Shown here piece after piece: positions 57,526 to 64,000 of a DNA stretch of 64,000 bases. The notes under the pieces are model-generated. The model ran no database searches and was not told the origin of the DNA. It saw only the letters and a program-made list of their open reading frames with translations. The translations under genes and the position numbers were made by a program. Each line of letters begins with the position of its first letter. Position 1 is the first letter of the stretch. The DNA comes from an uncultured Candidatus Saccharibacteria bacterium. Its GTDB lineage: Bacteria > Patescibacteriota > Minisyncoccia > Phycocordibacterales > UBA12088. Location: NCBI GenBank assembly GCA_964411375.1, contig CAYPKR010000001.1:238807-302806 (forward strand), written 5' to 3'.

Positions 57526-57900
57526 TCATTCCCTCGTCTCTGCAAGCTGACTGCAAAATCTCACAAGTGCTCGTCTGTGCTGCGGGCTGGGGATTTCCGT
57601 GAAATCAGCGAGAAGCCTCTTCAATTGTTGCTGATCTCCGGTCAGACCGCCTTTTGGCAATCCTTCGTAGAAATAACTTACCTCTACTCCAAGCGCATGT
57701 GCAATTATGAGCAAACGACCGACCGCAACTCGGTTGATACCCTTCTCATACTTGCACAGCTGTTGGTAGGAGACACCTATCAAATTTGCCAACATCTGTT
57801 GGCTAAGGCGTAGCTCTTTACGTCGCTGGCGTATGCGCACGGCGACATGCCGGTCCGCATCGTTGACCCTATGCTTAGTATCAGTAACCGTATCCGGCAT
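57526..57900 (-). CDS. XRE-family HTH regulator
   Basis: D.HV..RIR.RR....SQ..LA..IGVS.QQ..KYE.G.NR. Confidence 0.88.
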   Translation of the reverse strand: MPDTVTDTKHRVNDADRHVAVRIRQRRKELRLSQQMLANLIGVSYQQLCKYEKGINRVAVGRLLIIAHALGVEVSYFYEGLPKGGLTGDQQQLKRLLADFTEIPSPQHRRALVRFCSQLAETRE

Positions 57901-58061
57901 CCGAACACCTCCCTCATGATGCTCTCAAAACTGAGGAGCATTACTTCCTGCACAAAACACTAAAAATACACTCGAGTCAATAGTATCGTTTACTCGGCTA
58001 CACTATAATGATGCCTTCACAATAATAATTTATTGGTAATCCCTCTTGGGGCACAAAATAT

Positions 58062-58445
58062 ATGAAAAAGAAATCAGTCAAAAAGGTCGCTAAAAAATCT
58101 GCTCCAAAAAAGAAAATAGTGGCAAAATCATCCACCGTTTCTCACCATTCGATCGGTATTCAACCACTCGGAGAAAAAGTACTCATCCGCCCATTCACCG
58201 AAGAAGAGATGGCAAAGAAATCTGCGTTCGGCATCATCATTCCTGATACTGCGGCAAAAGATAAGACCGATCGCGGAGAAGTTGTTGCAGTAGGAGAGGG
58301 ACATCGTGACGATAAGGGAGTCGTGCATCCGGTTCGCGTCAAAATCGGACAGAAAGTTCTCTTTCAGTGGGGCGACAAGATTGAATTTGAAGGCAAGGAA
58401 TATTTTTTGGTTTCAGAAAGCAATTTGATCGGCATAATCAAATAA
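58062..58445 (+). CDS. groES: Co-chaperonin GroES with Lys-rich N-terminal extension
   Basis: PLG..V, GIIIPD.A, G.VVAVG.G; upstream of groEL. Confidence 0.93.
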   Translation: MKKKSVKKVAKKSAPKKKIVAKSSTVSHHSIGIQPLGEKVLIRPFTEEEMAKKSAFGIIIPDTAAKDKTDRGEVVAVGEGHRDDKGVVHPVRVKIGQKVLFQWGDKIEFEGKEYFLVSESNLIGIIK

Positions 58446-58451
58446 ATTTAG

Positions 58452-60128
<1,677 letters not shown>

Positions 60129-60156
60129 AAATTCCAAAAATAAAACATAAAAAGAG

Positions 60157-60189
60157 AATCCCCGTGCGGCCTCTGGCCGCACGGGGATT
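60157..60189. terminator. Bidirectional terminator after groEL
   Basis: AATCCCCGTGCGGCC-TCT-GGCCGCACGGGGATT. Confidence 0.75.
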
Positions 60190-60207
60190 TAGAACTCTGA
60201 GGCTCAG

Positions 60208-60798
60208 CTACCCGAAATTTAAGTAGACTGATACGCCGATGCTGAACGGGGTGTAATCGGTGGAATCCTTCGGCCATGGAACCGTTGGAGCAGTGTATTC
60301 CCACTTCGCTCGCTGATGTTCTGGATATCCGAAAGCGTACATGACGACGTACACATAATTCGGCCGGTAGCAGTTCGGCATGAACGTGGCGAGCATTGTG
60401 TCGTCAAACGTCGCCATCACATTCCACACCTCGCGACCTGTGTCTGCATGAAATTCCCAGTGGGGGTACGCATCCACACCGAAGCCCTGGATGTAGAGTC
60501 GAAGGCGATCACGCTCCTCGATCTCCCACTGATTCCGGGAGAAGCGGATAAAAACATCTTCCTTAAAGGCCTGCGCCATACTTGTGGGCATCCATCGTCC
60601 CACACTATGTTCCCAGTTGTCGGTCGTGAACGATGCGAGCTTTGCTTCGTTGCATCCGTTATCTGACAATGGCTTTGTCGGAGACTCATTGGTATTTGCA
60701 ACCGCTTCTACTATAAAAGGATTCGGAGTAGGTGCGTCATTATTACCTAGCGATGTACCAACAAGCAGCATGATGATACCGAAGATGGATGTACGCAT
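60208..60798 (-). CDS. Secreted orphan protein
   Basis: Signal peptide; aromatic-rich 196 aa. Confidence 0.6.
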   Translation of the reverse strand: MRTSIFGIIMLLVGTSLGNNDAPTPNPFIVEAVANTNESPTKPLSDNGCNEAKLASFTTDNWEHSVGRWMPTSMAQAFKEDVFIRFSRNQWEIEERDRLRLYIQGFGVDAYPHWEFHADTGREVWNVMATFDDTMLATFMPNCYRPNYVYVVMYAFGYPEHQRAKWEYTAPTVPWPKDSTDYTPFSIGVSVYLNFG

Positions 60799-60944
60799 CG
60801 AAGTTGTCCCGAGCTGTTATCCTATGCGGGTTGTACGCCTCAAATCAGGCTTTGTCAACTCATTTTTTACACCACATATTTTTAAAGCACGCAAATCTGC
60901 TTTATGGCAAAGTATCCGAAGTCTGTTCAACTATGTGAGGTCAC

Positions 60945-61529
60945 ATGCGACCAATGCTCTGTCTCCTCCCCTCGCTTCTTATCGGAAGTCAGGTGGAAGC
61001 GGCAACCTACCATCCTTTTGCCAAAGAGGGCGATGGAAAATATTCAAGCGGTATAGTCGTTTCCTCGCTTCGGGGAGACGGGGGTCAACTTCGAGTCACT
61101 TCCGACCAGTACGCGGTTGCCCTCAATCAAGCAAGTGGAGAAAATTATTCCGCGAGCGACTGGGCGCAGTTTTTCGCACAGGGTAAGGTGGTGTCATGCA
61201 CCGACAAACTTCTCTCTGGCGGGATTCAGCGTCTCGACAATGACAACAACGTCAGCGCCTGGAACCGTTCGTGTAAAGATGGCGAGCAAGTTCTCGTCGC
61301 TCTCGACAATACCGGACGCGAGGTCGGGTGGGTAAGTCTCTCTTGCCTGAACCCGATAATGCATGAAGTATCGGCTGTCCAAAAAAACTGCCGCATTCTA
61401 CCAACACCAGCCCCACCGAGCGGTGCGGCATGCGGAGTGGGAAGCGGTACGTACTATTTCGGGAACTACAGTGATGCTTGCGGAATGGCAGGCACTTCTC
61501 CAACAACTCCCGTAACGGTCTGTGACTAG
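60945..61529 (+). CDS. Secreted Cys-rich orphan protein
   Basis: Signal peptide ending VEA; 7 Cys in mature part. Confidence 0.65.
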   Translation: MRPMLCLLPSLLIGSQVEAATYHPFAKEGDGKYSSGIVVSSLRGDGGQLRVTSDQYAVALNQASGENYSASDWAQFFAQGKVVSCTDKLLSGGIQRLDNDNNVSAWNRSCKDGEQVLVALDNTGREVGWVSLSCLNPIMHEVSAVQKNCRILPTPAPPSGAACGVGSGTYYFGNYSDACGMAGTSPTTPVTVCD

Positions 61530-61544
61530 GAAGGAATCGGACTA

Positions 61545-62120
61545 ATGACAACGATGCCAAGATCTTTGATCGCGCTTTTCTTCCTCGCGCCGCTTCTTGC
61601 AAGCTGCATGGGGACGGACAGCCAAAGTATCTCACTGACACCCTCTCAGCATGTGGTCGCAGTAGTCACTACCGAACGGGGGATTACTGGCGCCGATGTC
61701 ACCGTCGTCAATCATTTTCAGTGCGGCAAGATGCCGGTGTGGAATGCTGAGCGACAAGCCTACCAGGTCACTGAAGAAGATACCTGCGTCGCTCTTGCAC
61801 CGTTTGCTGGAACAACGGCTGCGCCCTTCTCACAACTTGGCAATGCTGCGGTGACTGCCGTAGGTGAAGTGCTCGCGGCACGGCAGTTGCCTGGCGGAGG
61901 GGACACGAATGTAACGAGCGGCAGTTCCGCAGATGGCGGAGATGCCAATGCTTCGAACGAAAACAATAACTCCAATACTGCCCATGGTGGTAAGGGAGGT
62001 TCGGGCGGTTCGAGTCGTGTAGGTATTGATATCGACAATCGCGTTAGCGGGGGTGGGCGACACTGCGCCAATAAAAGATGCGGCGGAAGCCATCCTAATT
62101 GGGGGAAGCTGGGATCGTAA
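61545..62120 (+). CDS. Orphan lipoprotein with Gly/Asn-rich tail
   Basis: Lipobox LAS-C; low-complexity G/S/N C-terminus. Confidence 0.65.
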   Translation: MTTMPRSLIALFFLAPLLASCMGTDSQSISLTPSQHVVAVVTTERGITGADVTVVNHFQCGKMPVWNAERQAYQVTEEDTCVALAPFAGTTAAPFSQLGNAAVTAVGEVLAARQLPGGGDTNVTSGSSADGGDANASNENNNSNTAHGGKGGSGGSSRVGIDIDNRVSGGGRHCANKRCGGSHPNWGKLGS

Positions 62121-62271
62121 TAGATTTTCTTGATTGTGCTCGGAGCTGGCAACGGCTCCGAGCGTTTCTTTTTAAGATGGCAGCCATTGATTTTTTAACA
62201 AACTGTAGTATAAATCACCGAGAATCGTCTCTGCTACGCTGGCAGATATCCTTAGCAACGGAGTCTAAGCC

Positions 62272-62898
62272 ATGTTTCGCAACCTTGCTTGTCTTCTCTT
62301 CGCTTCCTGCGTGACAATCTCTGGTGCTGTCTCGGCAAGTAATTTGCCATGTGCTCAAGTCACCATTCCCGCGATGGAGCAATATCCATTTCACCCGGGT
62401 GACTGGGTTTCAAAAGTGTGTCAATTTGCTAAAGAAAACAACCTCTTGGCAAAGGGTATCGACACTATCGATCAATGCATCGATGCGACAAGATGCACGA
62501 TGTATCCCGATGCTACCCCAGCGGAATGGGAAAAATTGTCGGCAACGGTATTTCAGGATGGCCGTGAATACCCAATCGCGGTTGACCCCGATGCGGTGGA
62601 TGCATTCTTTAATGTAGCGTCTCAGCCTGATTCGCCCCCAGCAACAACTGATGCTTGGCGGAAGAATATAGAGGCGCGAATGACGCTTCTCGAAAACAAC
62701 TTCGTGGCTCTAAAGCAGTCGGCTAGAATTGACCCGAGCGTTCAAGGCAGACTTCTCGTTCTGGAGGCATTTAAAGTAGCTACCGAAAAACGTCTCGATC
62801 GGCAGGAGCTTTTCCTCTTAGTACTTCATAGTGAAGCTTGCAGGAGATCTCCCAGTTCAGAGGAATGCACTACTCCCGTCGACGCTCCGAGCAGTTAA
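62272..62898 (+). CDS. Secreted Cys-containing orphan protein with coiled-coil
   Basis: Signal peptide; 6 Cys in mature part; heptad region; hairpin 62921-62949 follows. Confidence 0.65.
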   Translation: MFRNLACLLFASCVTISGAVSASNLPCAQVTIPAMEQYPFHPGDWVSKVCQFAKENNLLAKGIDTIDQCIDATRCTMYPDATPAEWEKLSATVFQDGREYPIAVDPDAVDAFFNVASQPDSPPATTDAWRKNIEARMTLLENNFVALKQSARIDPSVQGRLLVLEAFKVATEKRLDRQELFLLVLHSEACRRSPSSEECTTPVDAPSS

Positions 62899-63030
62899 AG
62901 TATGCTCAAGCTAGTATCATTACCCGAGGCGCGCTGCGCGCCTCGGGTATCTTTTTACAAATTTTTTGAGACTCTTCAAAAAACAAAAATCACTGGTATA
63001 ATACTGGTACTATTCTTAATATTTCATTCT

Positions 63031-63591
63031 ATGAGCCCTCTATACATAATTCTTGCCGTCGTCGTTCTCGCACTCCTTTGGGCGGTTATTGCCTACAACG
63101 GTTTCGTGCGGCTCGTAAATCGCACTAAGGAAGCGTGGGCAGACATCGATGTTCAACTCAAACGCCGGTATGATCTCATTCCTAATTTGGTAAATACGGT
63201 CAAAGGATATGCGACACATGAATCAGGTGCATTTGAAAAAGTAACTGAAGCACGTTCACGCGCAATGCAAGCATCAACGCCTGCAGAAAAAGGCGCCGCA
63301 GAAAATATGCTCTCCGGAACACTTAAATCACTCTTTGCAATTTCGGAAGCGTACCCTGATCTCAAAGCGAATCAGAATTTTCTTGCGCTTCAGAGTGAAC
63401 TCTCCGACACCGAAAATAAAATCCAGGCGGCAAGACGCTTTTATAACAGCAATGTCCGTGATCTCAACACCGCAATCGAATCATTTCCAGGAAATGTCAT
63501 TGCATCGAGTTTCCATTTTTCAAAAATGGATCTCTTCGAACTTGGCGATTCTGACGCAGCGGCAAAAAATCCAGTCGAGGTAAAATTCTAA
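63031..63591 (+). CDS. lemA: LemA family protein
   Basis: YN..V, W..IDVQLKRR.DLIPNLV, EAYPDLKA..NF, ARRFYN. Confidence 0.95.
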   Translation: MSPLYIILAVVVLALLWAVIAYNGFVRLVNRTKEAWADIDVQLKRRYDLIPNLVNTVKGYATHESGAFEKVTEARSRAMQASTPAEKGAAENMLSGTLKSLFAISEAYPDLKANQNFLALQSELSDTENKIQAARRFYNSNVRDLNTAIESFPGNVIASSFHFSKMDLFELGDSDAAAKNPVEVKF

Positions 63592-63626
63592 TCTCTTTGT
63601 TCGTTACTATTTCCGGATGATAATTC

Positions 63627-64000
63627 ATGGCAACACTCTACACCTACCAAGATAGGAATATTCGAAAAACGTGGACGCTTATGGCAGCGTTTCTCATTGT
63701 CGTAATTGCAATCGGTTACGCGTTTTCGTGGTACTACAACGATCAGATGATTCTCTACATCGCAATCATAATCGCAGTCGTCACGAACATCGGAAGCTAC
63801 TGGTTTTCAGACAAATTAGTTGTCGCAATGACTGGCGCGGTGCCTGCTGATCCTACTCGCTATCGCGATCTTCATAATATCGTTGAAAATCTTGCGATTA
63901 CTGCAGGACTTCCAAAACCAAAAGTCTACGTCGTTGAAGATCCCGCACCAAATGCATTTGCAACTGGACGCGACCCTGAACATGCGGTTGTGTGTGTTAC
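63627..64000 (+). CDS. htpX: HtpX-family M48 zinc metalloprotease (5' part, runs off window)
   Basis: MATLY...NIRKTW.LM, SYWFSDK, VENLAI.AGLPKP, PNAFATGRDPEHA. Confidence 0.9.
   Translation, partial: MATLYTYQDRNIRKTWTLMAAFLIVVIAIGYAFSWYYNDQMILYIAIIIAVVTNIGSYWFSDKLVVAMTGAVPADPTRYRDLHNIVENLAITAGLPKPKVYVVEDPAPNAFATGRDPEHAVVCV

Noticed and set aside
57901-58061. CIRCE operator upstream of groES
   Set aside because: No TTAGCACTC-N9-GAGTGCTAA found.

Overview
Bacterial chromosomal window with a gene set and style that I infer to be Patescibacteria/CPR (Parcubacteria-like). The supporting signs are a shortened RF2, HhH glycosylases without Fe-S cysteines, many DUF and small secreted proteins, and leaderless-type promoters. 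Core genes present: prfB, ftsE/ftsX, pyrG, gdhA, smpB + ssrA (tmRNA), nth, rnj, secG, groES/groEL, lemA/htpX and five tRNAs (Thr-CGT, Thr-GGT, Asp-GTC, CAT-anticodon, Gln-CTG). No integrase, transposase or CRISPR array was seen. The most striking signal is a family of ~140-210 nt structured elements directly 3' of three tRNA genes and of tmRNA. Each carries an antisense segment tailored to its own host's T-arm/acceptor 3' strand, conserved and covarying hairpins, and then a second copy of the host 3' end. Other notable items are a ~270 nt ORF-free transcription unit with a consensus promoter and terminator (48165-48467), a 27-codon tmRNA tag, SD-bearing orphan gene cassettes in an otherwise leaderless genome, and several small ORFs below the ORF-track cutoff. 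All alignments and folds were done by eye.
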